Below are positions 38,268-49,600 of a stretch of 64,000 nucleotides of DNA, in pieces. The translations under genes were made by a program, and so were the position numbers. Numbering within the stretch: the first letter of the stretch is position 1; the number at the start of each line of letters is the position of its first letter. Source of the stretch: an uncultured delta proteobacterium (lineage in GTDB: Bacteria; Desulfobacterota; Binatia; UBA9968); the NCBI GenBank assembly GCA_963840855.1, contig CAWJBB010000050.1, positions 96,001 through 160,000 of the forward strand. Direction: 5' to 3'. The notes under the pieces were generated by a model. That model had not been told where the DNA came from and searched no databases. It saw only the letters and a list, made by a program, of their open reading frames with translations.

Positions 38268-38815
38268 CTGTCCTCGCTTCTACCGGCCATGCAGTATCAT
38301 TATTCAAATGCCCGGGCGCGCTAACGACGCTCAATCACGGCGCCCGCTCGAAACAATCTCTCCGGATATTATAAACCATGAGGGGAACCCACGTAAGCAT
38401 GAAAGCCGGGTTGGTTTCCTTAACGTCGCCGCGCCCGTCGAGCCCCGGCGCCGGCCGCATGACAGCGGCGAATATTAGGCAAAAAATAGTTTTGATCCCT
38501 ACAGCCGACAAGAATTCCATTGGGAGGGTTAAACTTTCCAAGCGGCTACGTGACTAATAGCGGCACACGGAACCGCTTCTATATTTTTTTCTAGGCACCG
38601 GGGTTGTTCAACGAAGATGCCTTTCGTGCCTTGAGATGGTATCATCGCCTGGTTGGACAACGACTTAAGAAATCTCCGCGGGTCTATACGCTCATCCGCC
38701 ATTGCGATAGTATGGATAGGAGGAAATCAAACAACGCTTGCGGGTTTGCCGCCCTTGATCACGCTCCCGGAATACCATGCCGAGCACGCTCCGCATTAAG
38801 TTCTGAATTAAAGGA

Positions 38816-39649
38816 GTGGTGACGTTGAACACTAAGCGATTAATTGTTTTTACCGACTTGGACGGGACCCTCCTCGATCAAAATTCCTATAGCTACCGGG
38901 CTAGTCTGCCCGCCCTGCGCAAGCTCCAGGCGCTGCAGATGCCGGTCATCTTGTGCTCCAGCAAGACCCGCGCGGAAATCGAGCCGCTCTGGCGTGAGCT
39001 GCCCCTCGAAGACCCCTTCATCATCGAGAACGGCGGCGCGATCTGTTTCACGCCCGATTATTTTGCATCGGCGGTGACAAACGCGCGGCCCGACGCCAAG
39101 CTCTACACTCTTGAACTGGGCAGCCACATCGGCGAACTACGCGCCGGTCTAGCCGAGGCCGCGCGCCGCCTGCACATCCGCGTGCGCTCCTTTGGCGACA
39201 TGAACACCGCGGACATCGCCGAATTGACCGGTCTCACCCGACCTCAGGCACAAGCGGCCGCGCAGCGAGAGTATGACGAGCCGTTTCTCATCGAGGAACC
39301 CAGCCGCGAGCGGATGTTGGCAACGGCGTTGCGCATGAGGGGATTTATCGTAACCAAAGGCGACCGGTTCTTTCACTTGAGCCGCGGCAGCGACAAAGGG
39401 AAAGCGGCGCGCCTGCTCATGGACCTTTACCGCAAAGACGGCGCGACGCTCATGAGCGTGGGGCTGGGTAATTCGGCCAACGACCTGCCGCTTTTGCTCG
39501 CCGTTGAGCGGCCGATATTAATCAGGAATCCTGACCGGTCATGGGATTCTACGATCACTCAGAACATCCCCGGTATTCGCAAAACCATGAGCATCGGCCC
39601 GGAGGGCTGGGCCGAGTCGGTGGAAAAACTTTTGGCGGAAATCGTCTAA
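38816..39649 (+). CDS. Mannosyl-3-phosphoglycerate phosphatase-like HAD-IIB hydrolase
   Basis: DLDGTLLD, SSKTRAE, ENGG, REYDEPF, DKGKA. Confidence 0.88.
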   Translation: MVTLNTKRLIVFTDLDGTLLDQNSYSYRASLPALRKLQALQMPVILCSSKTRAEIEPLWRELPLEDPFIIENGGAICFTPDYFASAVTNARPDAKLYTLELGSHIGELRAGLAEAARRLHIRVRSFGDMNTADIAELTGLTRPQAQAAAQREYDEPFLIEEPSRERMLATALRMRGFIVTKGDRFFHLSRGSDKGKAARLLMDLYRKDGATLMSVGLGNSANDLPLLLAVERPILIRNPDRSWDSTITQNIPGIRKTMSIGPEGWAESVEKLLAEIV

Positions 39650-39678
39650 CGCCGTGGCGCCGATGGGCGCCGCGCGCG

Positions 39679-39755
39679 GTTCAAGGTTTAAAGTTCAAAG
39701 TTCAACGTATCGGACCCCGCATTCAGTCCCTCCGCATTCTCTAACTTTGAACCGG
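39679..39755. repeat. GTTCAAN heptamer element
   Basis: gttcaag gtttaaa gttcaaa gttcaac gtatcgga ... ctttgaac. Confidence 0.75.
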
Positions 39756-39762
39756 ACTTCAG

Positions 39763-40356
39763 TCACGTCCTCTCCGCATCGAACCGCTTGGCGGCGTGGG
39801 CTGAGATGAACGCCTCGATACGGTCCAGTAGTTTCTCCGGTTCCTCTTCGATGAAAAGCAATGAGCGGTGTTTGGGCTTTAGAAAACCTTCGGCCACGGC
39901 GTGATCCAAGAAATTGATCAACGGTTGATAATAACCCCCGGCATTTAGCAGCGCACAGGGCTTGTTATGAATACCCAACTGCGCCCAGCTCAGGACTTCA
40001 AAAAATTCCTCCATGGTGCCGATGCCGCCAGGCATGGCGATAAAACCGTCGGAGAGATCCGCCATCACGGCTTTGCGCTCGTGCATGGATTTCACGATGC
40101 GCAGCTCCGAAAGTCCCCTATGGGCAACCTCTTTCGTAACCAGGGCGCCGGGGATCACACCGGTCACATGACCCTTCATCGCCAGCATGGTATCCGCGAT
40201 GACGGTCATGAGACCCACCTTGCCACCGCCATAAACCAGCCCGTATTTTCGCTCCGCTAGCACCTGGCCGAGGCGGCGCGCCGCCTCGGCGTATTCCGGG
40301 CGCGCGCCGTGCCGCGACCCGGTGAAGACACAGATCTTGCCTTTCAAATCGTCCAT
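39763..40356 (-). CDS. LOG-family nucleotide monophosphate nucleosidase (TIGR00730)
   Basis: YGGGKVGLM, MHERK, PGGIGTMEE. Confidence 0.93.
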   Translation of the reverse strand: MDDLKGKICVFTGSRHGARPEYAEAARRLGQVLAERKYGLVYGGGKVGLMTVIADTMLAMKGHVTGVIPGALVTKEVAHRGLSELRIVKSMHERKAVMADLSDGFIAMPGGIGTMEEFFEVLSWAQLGIHNKPCALLNAGGYYQPLINFLDHAVAEGFLKPKHRSLLFIEEEPEKLLDRIEAFISAHAAKRFDAERT

Positions 40357-40372
40357 GCCAGCGCTAATTGCG

Positions 40373-40459
40373 GTTCAAAGTTCAAGGTTCAATGTTCAAC
40401 GTTTCGGATTAAGATCTGCGTTTTGAATCCGAACGACCTTGAACCTTGAACATTGAACT
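40373..40459. repeat. GTTCAAN heptamer inverted-repeat element
   Basis: 4 heptamers + gtttcgga ... tccgaac + 3 reverse heptamers. Confidence 0.88.
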
Positions 40460-40464
40460 ATCCC

Positions 40465-41460
40465 TCATTTCCACAGCCTCTGCAAAAACCCATCCTTTTC
40501 CATCTCTTGAAAAAAGCGCGAGTCGATAAACTGCTCGGGGCGGAGGTTTGCCGCACGCGGGTCGGTTTCCGCGATCTGGTCGAGGACGGTTTTGATCGCC
40601 TCCGGCGCCGGCCGCGGGATTCTTAGCATGTTCTGGATCAGATAAAGGTCGTACAGGTCATTCACCATCGCGAGGTCGTTGTTGCGCATATATTTGCTCA
40701 TCACCTGGACGCTGAAGGCCCGTTGCGTCTTGCTAAAGTGAACGCCATCGGCGTAGGCCCGGACGAATTTTCTTACCGTGTTTTCGCTGCGCTTGATATA
40801 AGAACGCGTGGTGACGATGGACGAAGTGGGAAAGCTAAGCCCCATCTTCGAAATATCCGCCACGTCCCTAAAACCGTCCCGGCGCGCCAGGATCGCGAGC
40901 TCCGCGTTGATCACGCCGGCGTCGACCCCGCCGGTCTTGAGCGCCGCCAATATATCGGTTACGCCGCCCATTTGGATCACGGCAAAATCGCGTTGCCGCT
41001 TGATCGGCCATTGCGATTCCGCAAAGCGCAAGCCGAAATCCGTCGCCGAACCGAAGCGCGAGATGCCGATTTTTTTTCCTTTCAATTCCTCAACGCGGCG
41101 GATCTCGGGCTTCGCCATCACGACGAAGGTAAACACGTTCAGCGAACTGGCGATAATCACCAGATCGCCGCCGGCCAGGTTAGCGTTGACGACCGCGCCG
41201 CCGGTGAACGTCCCTATCGGCACTTCGCCCGATTGCACGACTTGGGCCGCCCGCCCGCCGCCGCCGACGTAGAGCAGCTCGACATCCAGGCCATGCTTGC
41301 GGAAGATTCCCGCTTCGTAGGGAATCCAAAACGACGCTTGCGATCCGGCGATGGCGCTGTAGGTCAGGCGCAGTTTTTCCATCGGCGCTTGAGGGAACGC
41401 TTGTGATGTTAAAACCAGAAGCGCGAACGGAAATCCCATCAAACAACGGCGCATTGCCAT
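40465..41460 (-). CDS. ABC transporter substrate-binding protein (SsuA/NMT1-like)
   Basis: GIFRKHGLDVEL, LKGKKIGISRFGSATD. Confidence 0.9.
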   Translation of the reverse strand: MAMRRCLMGFPFALLVLTSQAFPQAPMEKLRLTYSAIAGSQASFWIPYEAGIFRKHGLDVELLYVGGGGRAAQVVQSGEVPIGTFTGGAVVNANLAGGDLVIIASSLNVFTFVVMAKPEIRRVEELKGKKIGISRFGSATDFGLRFAESQWPIKRQRDFAVIQMGGVTDILAALKTGGVDAGVINAELAILARRDGFRDVADISKMGLSFPTSSIVTTRSYIKRSENTVRKFVRAYADGVHFSKTQRAFSVQVMSKYMRNNDLAMVNDLYDLYLIQNMLRIPRPAPEAIKTVLDQIAETDPRAANLRPEQFIDSRFFQEMEKDGFLQRLWK

Positions 41461-41656
41461 AGTCTCTCCAAGCTTGAACTTTGAACCCGTTCGACCCTTC
41501 GAGGGGCTCAGGGTAGGCCCCCTCGACAGCCTTTAGTCCCGAGCCTGTCGAGGGGTCGGGACAGGGATTACACCGTGAATCCCATAAGTCTCGGCTCATC
41601 CGAAAACGACGGCGCGGCGTCGATTTTTTCGTTGCATGAATGGACCCGGCTACACA

Positions 41657-42427
41657 TCAGCTTTGCCAGCCGATGACGCTCATCTGCCGCCCGGTCTCCT
41701 TGCCTGCGCGGCGGTAAGAGAAAAATTCATCCGCGGCGCAACCGGTGCAAGGGCCCAGCTCGAAAATGCGCTCAGCCGGCAGGCCGGCTTCGGCGAGAAT
41801 CGCATGATTTAATCGCCGCAGGTCGAGATGGGGCTTGGCGGCGGAACTTTCGATGCACGCACCCGCCAACTTTCCCCAGCGCGCGCGTAGCGGCTCGACG
41901 ACGTCATCGCCGACTTCATAACAGCAGGCGCCGATGGACGGGCCCAGGGCGGCTTCCAGCGATCCCGAAGCAATATTGTATTTGTCCGCGAAATACTTGA
42001 CGGTCTTCGCGCCGATACCGGCGAGGGTGCCGCGCCACCCGGCATGGACCGCGGCGACAAGTCGTTCCTTCGGTGCGACGAAAAGTATCGGCACGCAGTC
42101 CGCAGTGAGCACGCCAAGAAACACGTTGGGCTGCGCCGTCACCATAGCGTCGGCTGCGCCGGCTTCTTTGATGTTGGTGTCTGTGACTTCGACAATGTCA
42201 TCGCCGTGCACCTGCTTCATCGTGACGACCCGGCCGTCGTGAATGCCGATGGCCAGCTTCATGTCGCAAACGTTCTGGCTAACGACTTTGGCGTCGTCGC
42301 CGACGCGATAGGAAACGTTCAAACCCGCGTAGGGGCCGACGCTCTTCCCGCCGCGCCGCCCCATGAAGCCGTGCAGCAGCCCGGTGTGCTTCTCCCAGCT
42401 TGGAACCTTGAGCGATGTGATATCCAT
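41657..42427 (-). CDS. pgeF: Peptidoglycan editing factor / YfiH-family protein
   Basis: QVHG, TADCVPI, HAGWRG, GPSI, FFSYRR. Confidence 0.93.
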   Translation of the reverse strand: MDITSLKVPSWEKHTGLLHGFMGRRGGKSVGPYAGLNVSYRVGDDAKVVSQNVCDMKLAIGIHDGRVVTMKQVHGDDIVEVTDTNIKEAGAADAMVTAQPNVFLGVLTADCVPILFVAPKERLVAAVHAGWRGTLAGIGAKTVKYFADKYNIASGSLEAALGPSIGACCYEVGDDVVEPLRARWGKLAGACIESSAAKPHLDLRRLNHAILAEAGLPAERIFELGPCTGCAADEFFSYRRAGKETGRQMSVIGWQS

Positions 42428-42558
42428 AGATTTCGATTATGGTTTGATCCTAGGCGTGATGCAACAGACGGCGGAAACTGCTAAAGCTCCGGAAACAATC
42501 CTTGCAATGGTCCGCGTTTTAGCCGCACAATAAGGGAAACGCAGTCGCGATAAATTAC

Positions 42559-45500
42559 ATGGCCTCCGGCTCATATACCGAAATTCTCAAGCGCCGCGGT
42601 TTTTTCTGTTTCTTTTGCACGCAATTTCTAGGCGCATTCAACGATAATTTCTATAAAATCATTGTTACCCTGGTGGCCTTGGACATCCCGGCTTCCGCCG
42701 GCGGCGGCAAGCACTTGATTCCTTTGATCGGCGGCCTGTTCATTCTGCCCTTCCTGCTTTTTTCGGGCTACTCGGGTTATCTCGCCGACATCTACAGCAA
42801 GAGAAATGTGCTGGTGGCGGTGAAGTGTTTTGAAATCGTTGCCATGGGCTTCGGCATTCTCGCGTTCTTCCTCGGCAGTATGGAGCTAATGTTGGCGGTG
42901 GTTTTTCTCATGGGCCTTCATTCCACGATCTTCAGCCCGGCGAAGTACGGCATTCTGCCCGAGATGCTCCCCGAGCAAGATCTATCGCGCGGCAACGGCC
43001 TGCTCGAGATGAGCACCTTTATGGCGATCATCCTAGGCACCGCGCTGGGCGGGGCGATTTATGAGGCGTGGAAAGACCGATTGGGTTGGATCGGCGTCGT
43101 CTATGATCGGCATCGCCGCGCTCGGCACGTTGACCAGCCTGGGGATAACCAAAGTGCCGCCCTCCGGTTCGGCGCAGAAGTTACGTCGCCAATCCCACCG
43201 CGGAAATCTTGGCAGGGCTGCGCATAAGTTTACCACGGACCGGACGCTTTGGCTCACGGTGATGGGCATCTCCTACTTCTGGTTTCTCGGCGCGTTTCTG
43301 CAGATGATTTCCCATTGTACGGCAAAGAGATTCTCGGCCTTGGAGAAACTCACATCGGGCTGCTGTGGACCTTCGCCGCCCTGGGCATCGGCGCCGGGAG
43401 CCTCATGGCGGGCCGCTTGTCCGGTGACCGGATCGAATTGGGCCTGGTCCCCTCGGCGCCATCGGCATGGGGATATTTCCCTGGTGCTATTCTTTGCCAC
43501 GCCGTCTTTTCCAGCGCGCGGGGATTGCCCTTGTGTGCATGGGTTTTTTCGCCGGCTTCTTCGCGGTACCGCTAAACGCGCTCTTGCAGCAGCGCGCCGA
43601 ACGCGAGGAAAAAGGGCGGCTCATCGCAACCAACAACGTCTTTAATACCATAGGCGTCCTTCTAGCCGCCGCGCTGCTTTGGCTTTTCGTGCGCCGCTTG
43701 AAACTTTCCGCCGACTTTATCATCATGGTGCTCGGTCTTCTCACCTTTGCCATGACGATTTACGTGCTGCGCCTTTTGCCGGATGTCTCGGCGCGTTTCA
43801 TTCTCTGGCTGTTCACCCACTCTCTCTATCGCATCCGCGTCGTCGGCCTGGACAATATTCCGCGCCACGGCCCGGCGCTGCTGGTGTCCAATCATGTTTC
43901 CTTCGTCGATGCGATCTTGCTTGGCGCGTCGATGCCACGCTTCATCCGCTTCATGCTCCATCGCGAGTATTACGATAGCCGCTGGTTCAACTGGTTTTTT
44001 CGCCTCATGAAGTCGATTCCCGTCGTGCCCACGAGCCGGCGCGGCATCGTCGAGTCGTTGCGGCGCGCGCGCGCGGAACTCGAAGCCGGCGAAGTGGTTT
44101 GCATCTTTGCCGAGGGCGCCATCAGCCGCACCGGACACTTGCTGCCGTTCAGGCGAGGCTTTGAAAAGATTGTCGAGGGTTCGAACATCCCGATCATCCC
44201 CGTCCACCTCGACCAGGTATGGGGCAGCATCTTCAGCTTCAAAGAAGGCCGTTTTTTCTGGAAGCGCCCCAGACTGCTCCCCTACCCGGTGACCGTCTCC
44301 TTCGGCGCGCCGCTGCCCGCCAGCGCCAGCGTGCAAGAAGTGCGGCAAGCGGTGCAGGAGCTGGAAAGCGAAGCGGCCCGCCACCGCCGCCGCCCGGACG
44401 ATCTCTTGCACGCCAAGTTCATCCGCGTCGCCAAACGCCGCTGGTCTTCCTTCTGCATGGCGGATACCACCGGCGCGGAACTGACCTGGGGCAAGACGCT
44501 TATCGGCGCCCGGCTGATGGCAAGCTCGGTGCGGCGCCGTTCGAGCCGGCGAATCGATGGTCGGCGTGCTGCTGCCCGCCTCGGTGGGCGGCGCGCTGGC
44601 GAATATCGCCGTCTCGTTGGCTGGAAAAGTGCCGGTGAATCTAAATTTTACCGCCGGCGCCGGCGCGTTGCGCTCGGCGCTAGAGCAATGCGGCATTAAA
44701 ACGATTTTGACCTCGCGAGTTTTCCTATCGAAGGCCGGCCTCGAGGAGCTGCCGGGTATGGTTTTTGTCGAAGACCTGAGAAAGACTTTCACTGCGGTTC
44801 AGAAATTTTCGATGTTGCTTGGTACGCTCTTGCTGCCCGCGCGCTGGCTCGCATGGCGCCACGCCAAAAATCAAAAACCAGACGATCTCGCCACGGTGAT
44901 TTTTTCCAGCGGCAGCACGGGTGCTCCCAAGGGAATCATGCTGTCTCATCACAACATCGTCTCGAACATCGAAGGCATCGAGCAAGTGATTCAATTCGCG
45001 CCCGCGGACCGGATCATGGGCGTACTGCCGCTGTTTCACTCGTTTGGCTTCACGGGCACGCTCTGGCTGCCGCTGCTCGCCGGCTTTGGCGCGGTTTACC
45101 ATCCGAATCCCACCGACGCGAAAACAATCGGCGAGACCATAAAAAAATACCGAGCGACACTGCTCATCAGCACGCCGACGTTTTATGCCGGTTATATGCG
45201 CCGTTGCAGCGCCGAGGAGTTCGCTTCGTTGCACTACGTCATCGCCGGCGCGGAAAAACTCAGGGAACCCATCGCCAGAGGCTACAAGGAAAAGTACGGC
45301 ATCGAAATCCTCGAGGGGTATGGTTGTACCGAACTGGCGCCGGTAGTGTCGGTAAACATTCCCGACGTCACCTATGACAATGAAAAACAGATCGGCAACA
45401 AGCCCGGCACGGTAGGCCATCCGATTCCGGGGGTCGCGGTGAAAGTAATCGATCCTGATAGCGGCAGCCCTCTGCCCTACGGCGCCGCGGGAATGCTGCT

Positions 45501-45960
45501 CGCCAAAGGCGGCAATCTCATGCTCGGCTACCTCGGGCAACCGAAGCTCACCGCGGAAGCCATGCGCGATGGCTGGTACATCACCGGCGATATTGCGTCC
45601 GTGGACGAGGACGGTTTCATCCGCATCACCGACCGTCTATCGCGCTTCAGCAAGATCGGCGGCGAAATGGTGCCGCATGTAAAAATCGAAGAAGTGATTA
45701 ACGAAATCCTCGGCAGCGCCGACTCCGCCGTGACCGCGATTGCCGACCCACAGCGGGGCGAGAAACTGGTCGCCTTCTACAGCGCAAACGGCGTCACCTC
45801 CCATGAGCTATGGGAAAAGCTCAACCAGTCGGAGCTGCCCAAACTCTGGATTCCCAAGCGCGAAGATCTCCATCCCGTAGACACCCTCCCGCTCTTGGGA
45901 TCGGGCAAAGTCGATCTCAAAAAACTAAAGGCGATGGCACTGGAACAGGGTAAAAACTAG
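42559..45960 (+). CDS. aas: Fused MFS-acyltransferase-acyl-ACP synthetase (Aas-like), several frameshifts
   Basis: FLGAFNDN, FSPAKYG (LplT-like); NHVSFVD, FAEG (PlsC); FSSGSTGAPKG, EGYG, TGD (AMP-binding) spread over ORFs 42559, 43061, 43249, 43467, 44557. Confidence 0.85.
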
Positions 45961-46097
45961 CGGCAGCCACCGTCGGAAACTGGCAGCTTGCGCAGTGTAT
46001 TCCTTAACGCCGAAGCGGTGGCTGTCGCTCGCGTAAAGTTGAAAGCGACATTTGCGCGTGATAAGAGTCGAGGGTCTTCGAAGGAAAAACAGCGGAA

Positions 46098-47078
46098 ATG
46101 AATTTTCATAGTTTAGCCGACAAAGCTCTTCAAGGCATTATTCCCGAACGTGAGGAGCTGAAAGCGGTTCTCAACGCATCGGAGGAACAACTACCGGAGC
46201 TTATAAGCGCGGCCTTCAAGGTCCGCCATCATTATTACGGCAAGCGGGTGCAGATCCACGTTTTGCAGAACGCCAAGAGCGGCCTCTGTCCCGAAGATTG
46301 CCATTACTGCTCCCAATCGTCGGTTTCAGACGCTCCCATCGACCGCTATCCCTTCATGTCGAAGGAAAAATTGGTTGAAAGCGCCAAACAAGCCAAAGCG
46401 GCCGGCGCGGTCCGGTTCTGCATTGTCAACAGCGGCCGCGGCCCGACGAGCAAAGAAATCGACCAGATCGCCGAAGCCGTGCGCGAGATCCGAGAAAAAA
46501 CCGGCATGAATATCTGCTGCTCTCTTGGCTTGATGAACGAAGAAAAAATCCAGAGACTCAAAGCGGTCGGCGTCGGCCGTGTCAATCATAATCTAAATAC
46601 CAGCCGCAACCACCATCCCGACATTGTGACGACGCACACTTATGATGACCGCGTTGCGACCATTGAAAACGTCAAACATGCCGGCGTCGGCACCTGCTCC
46701 GGTGGCATCATCGGCATGGGCGAGAGCGACGAAGACATCATCGATCTCGCGCTCACCCTGCGCGCCATGGACATCGAATCGATCCCGGTGAACTTTCTCA
46801 ACTCGATTCCGAGAACGCCGTTCGAGAAGAAAAGAGAGCTTACGCCGCAGCGCTGCCTGAAAACGCTTTGTCTTTTTCGCTTCGTGAATCCGTGCAAAGA
46901 AATCCGCGTCGCCGGCGGTAGAGAAGTGAACCTGCGCTCTTTGCAGCCGCTCAGCCTCTATCCGGCAAACTCGATCTTCGTCAACGGCTATCTCACCACG
47001 CCCGGACAGGAAGCTTCCGACGCGCATCAAATGATTCGAGATCTCGGCTTCGAGCTCGATCAGCCGGCGGCGATCTAG
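46098..47078 (+). CDS. bioB: Biotin synthase
   Basis: CPEDCHYCSQS, NHNLNT, CSGGIIGMGE, IPVNFL, GYLTT. Confidence 0.96.
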   Translation: MNFHSLADKALQGIIPEREELKAVLNASEEQLPELISAAFKVRHHYYGKRVQIHVLQNAKSGLCPEDCHYCSQSSVSDAPIDRYPFMSKEKLVESAKQAKAAGAVRFCIVNSGRGPTSKEIDQIAEAVREIREKTGMNICCSLGLMNEEKIQRLKAVGVGRVNHNLNTSRNHHPDIVTTHTYDDRVATIENVKHAGVGTCSGGIIGMGESDEDIIDLALTLRAMDIESIPVNFLNSIPRTPFEKKRELTPQRCLKTLCLFRFVNPCKEIRVAGGREVNLRSLQPLSLYPANSIFVNGYLTTPGQEASDAHQMIRDLGFELDQPAAI

Positions 47079-47230
47079 AATAGCGGAATTTTCCGCCTCA
47101 AACCGGCGGCATAGCGGCGCCTAAACTCATAACCATCATTGGGACCAGTATCACTGGTCATGTCGAGCATCTTTTGCGGTTGAAAAGTGCTTTCGAAATG
47201 CCTATTCTCCCGGTCGCATGCGCCAGTTGG

Positions 47231-47294
47231 GTTCAAAACGTTCAAGCGGTTCAAAACGTTTGGAACGATTTGAACTATTCGAACGGCTGGAACG
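47231..47294. repeat. Nonamer inverted-repeat element
   Basis: gttcaaaac gttcaagcg gttcaaaac ... gaac x4. Confidence 0.75.
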
Positions 47295-47383
47295 CTAATG
47301 GACTACTGGCACATTGACTGCGACCGGAGGGGTTCACTCTTCGTGCGCTAAATTTGCGAATAATTCAGGATAGGAGGATTGAT

Positions 47384-48679
47384 ATGAACGCATGCTTTTC
47401 AAACCTGCGAAACCTTCTGATTGCTGAAATAGTCGGGAGCGTGCTTGTGGCGGGAGCGGCGTTCGCGCAGCAGCCGCAAGAAAAATCCCCGCCGGCGCCT
47501 CGAGGAGAAAAACCGGCACCCAACGTTCAGCCGGCGCCGACAACGGTGCCGGGGCGTCCCGACATTCCCAACGCGGAAGTGGCGAAGGTTTTGCGTGGCG
47601 TGCCGGCGCCGCCGTTTCCGACGCCGGCGGATAAGTTGGCGCTTGCGCAGCTCAAGCTGCCCAAGGGCTTTAAGATCGACGTCTATGCCAGCGGCATCGC
47701 CAATGCGCGCTCGCTCAGGGTCGGCGACAAGGGAACCGTATTCGTCAGCAACCGGCAGCTCGACAAGGTCTATGCCGTTGTCGACAAGGACGGGAAACGC
47801 GAGACCAAGGTGATCGCGTCGGGGTTGGACCGGCCCAACGGGCTCGCCTTCCTCAACGGCACGCTGTACATCGGCGAGGGCACCAAGATCTCGAAGCTCG
47901 AAAAGATCGAGGACCAACTCGACAACCCGCCCAAGCCTGTGGTCATCTACGACGACCTGCCCAATCATCAATCGCACGGCTGGAAGTTCATCGCCATCGG
48001 CCCGGACAACAAGCTCTACATCAATGTCGGCGCGCCGTGCAATATCTGCATCCCACCCGAGGAGAACGCGCAGATTCGCCGCATCAACCTCGACGGCAGC
48101 GGCGCTGAGGCGTTCGCTCGCGGCGTGCGCAACTCGGTGGGCTTCGATTGGCACCCGGCGACGAAAGAGCTCTATTTTACCGACAACGGCCGCGACTGGC
48201 TGTCAGAGGACTTGCCCGAAGACGAGCTCAACCGGGTCACAAAGGCGGGCCAGGATTTCGGCTTTCCGTACTGCCACCAGGGCAACTTTACGGACCGCGA
48301 AGTCGGCTGGGGACGCTCCTGCGAGGAGTTTGTCAAGCCGGTGGCCCTGCTCGGCCCACACAGCGCGGCCCTCGGCATGCGCTTCTACACGGGCAAAATG
48401 TTCCCTGAATCATATCGCAATGCGATCTTCATCGCGCGTCACGGCTCGTGGAACAGAACAAAGAAAATCGGCGGCGACGTGGTGGTCGCCAGGCTGAATA
48501 AGGACGGCACCGTGAAATCAGTCGAACCGTTCATCACCGGCTTCCTGCAAAACAACGAGTACTGGGGCCGGCCGGTGGATGTGCATATCATGAAAGACGG
48601 CTCGCTTTTGGTCTCTGACGATTACGCCGGCGCCGTCTACCGCGTCACCTACGGCGCCGGGGACAGGGCCAAGCGTTGA
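47384..48679 (+). CDS. PQQ-dependent sorbosone/sugar dehydrogenase family protein
   Basis: GAPCNIC, GVRNSVGFDW, DNGRD, HGSWNR, GRPVDV, VSDD. Confidence 0.92.
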   Translation: MNACFSNLRNLLIAEIVGSVLVAGAAFAQQPQEKSPPAPRGEKPAPNVQPAPTTVPGRPDIPNAEVAKVLRGVPAPPFPTPADKLALAQLKLPKGFKIDVYASGIANARSLRVGDKGTVFVSNRQLDKVYAVVDKDGKRETKVIASGLDRPNGLAFLNGTLYIGEGTKISKLEKIEDQLDNPPKPVVIYDDLPNHQSHGWKFIAIGPDNKLYINVGAPCNICIPPEENAQIRRINLDGSGAEAFARGVRNSVGFDWHPATKELYFTDNGRDWLSEDLPEDELNRVTKAGQDFGFPYCHQGNFTDREVGWGRSCEEFVKPVALLGPHSAALGMRFYTGKMFPESYRNAIFIARHGSWNRTKKIGGDVVVARLNKDGTVKSVEPFITGFLQNNEYWGRPVDVHIMKDGSLLVSDDYAGAVYRVTYGAGDRAKR

Positions 48680-48747
48680 GTAGGTATTGAGGGTCCGCCG
48701 CGGGGGATCGCCCGCGGCGACTCTTGGTTTTATCGAATGCGAGCATC

Positions 48748-49314
48748 ATGTCTGGCCGCGCGCTAGCGTTGCTCGTCGTGCTGGCTGCGCTACCGGTTTC
48801 AGCAGCGACACTCGACGAGAAGCTCGCGCCTTGCCTCGCCTGTCACGGCGACAAAGGACAATCGACAATCCCCGAAGTGCCGTCCCTCGGCGCGCAGCCG
48901 GTGTTCTATCTCTCGGTCCAGCTCCTCATGTTCCGCGAAAGCATGCGTAATAGCGAGCCGATGAATGCGTTGATGAAAGGCTTGAGCGACGATGATTTGC
49001 GCCGCATGGCGGCTGCGCTCGCCAAGCTGCCTGCGCCCAAGGCCGCCGCGGCGCCGTCCGATCCCGCCCGCATGGAACGGGCGCGCCTACTGGTCCAGCA
49101 GCACCGCTGCAATTTCTGCCACAAGCAGGATTTTTCCGGGGAAGAGAATGCCCCGCGCCTGGCCGGCCAACGCGAGGACTATCTCGTCAAAGCGTTACGG
49201 GATTATAAGAGCAATTCGCGACGCGCCTACGATCCTTCCATGGCGGACGTGATGCATCCATTGACCGACGCCGATCTGCTCGATCTCGCCCATTTCCTCG
49301 CCCACCTGCGCTAA
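48748..49314 (+). CDS. Di-heme cytochrome c4-like protein
   Basis: signal peptide, CLACH and CNFCH, PRLAGQ. Confidence 0.92.
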   Translation: MSGRALALLVVLAALPVSAATLDEKLAPCLACHGDKGQSTIPEVPSLGAQPVFYLSVQLLMFRESMRNSEPMNALMKGLSDDDLRRMAAALAKLPAPKAAAAPSDPARMERARLLVQQHRCNFCHKQDFSGEENAPRLAGQREDYLVKALRDYKSNSRRAYDPSMADVMHPLTDADLLDLAHFLAHLR

Positions 49315-49330
49315 AAATGCGGGGAATAGA

Positions 49331-49479
49331 CGTTCCAAAAGTTCAAACCGTTCAAGTCGTTCAAAACGATGGTCGGATGGTTTGCGGGCTTGAACGATTT
49401 GGCCGTAGCCTGGGTGAAGTGAAACGGAATCCAAGGCAAATTAAACCCGGACTACGCTTGCGCTTCATCCGGGCTACTT
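49331..49479. repeat. Nonamer element followed by a GTAG-type REP
   Basis: gttccaaaa gttcaaacc gttcaagtc gttcaaaac; gtagcctgggtgaag...cttcatccgggctac. Confidence 0.7.
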
Positions 49480-49600
49480 GCTACTTGCTTGGGGAGGCGG
49501 CGGAGCGCGAGTCACTCGCGCGAAGACTGACACATCGTCCAGCGACGACTAACCTTCTGGCGATACGATGCCGTTCGGGCGAATCTCGCCGCGCTCTCGC

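Noticed and set aside
42559-44600. Programmed frameshifting or pseudogenisation of aas
   Set aside because: Several scattered single-base indels with otherwise intact motifs, also seen at 25543 and 55.6-56.7 kb, are most consistent with sequencing or assembly errors; cannot be resolved without reads.
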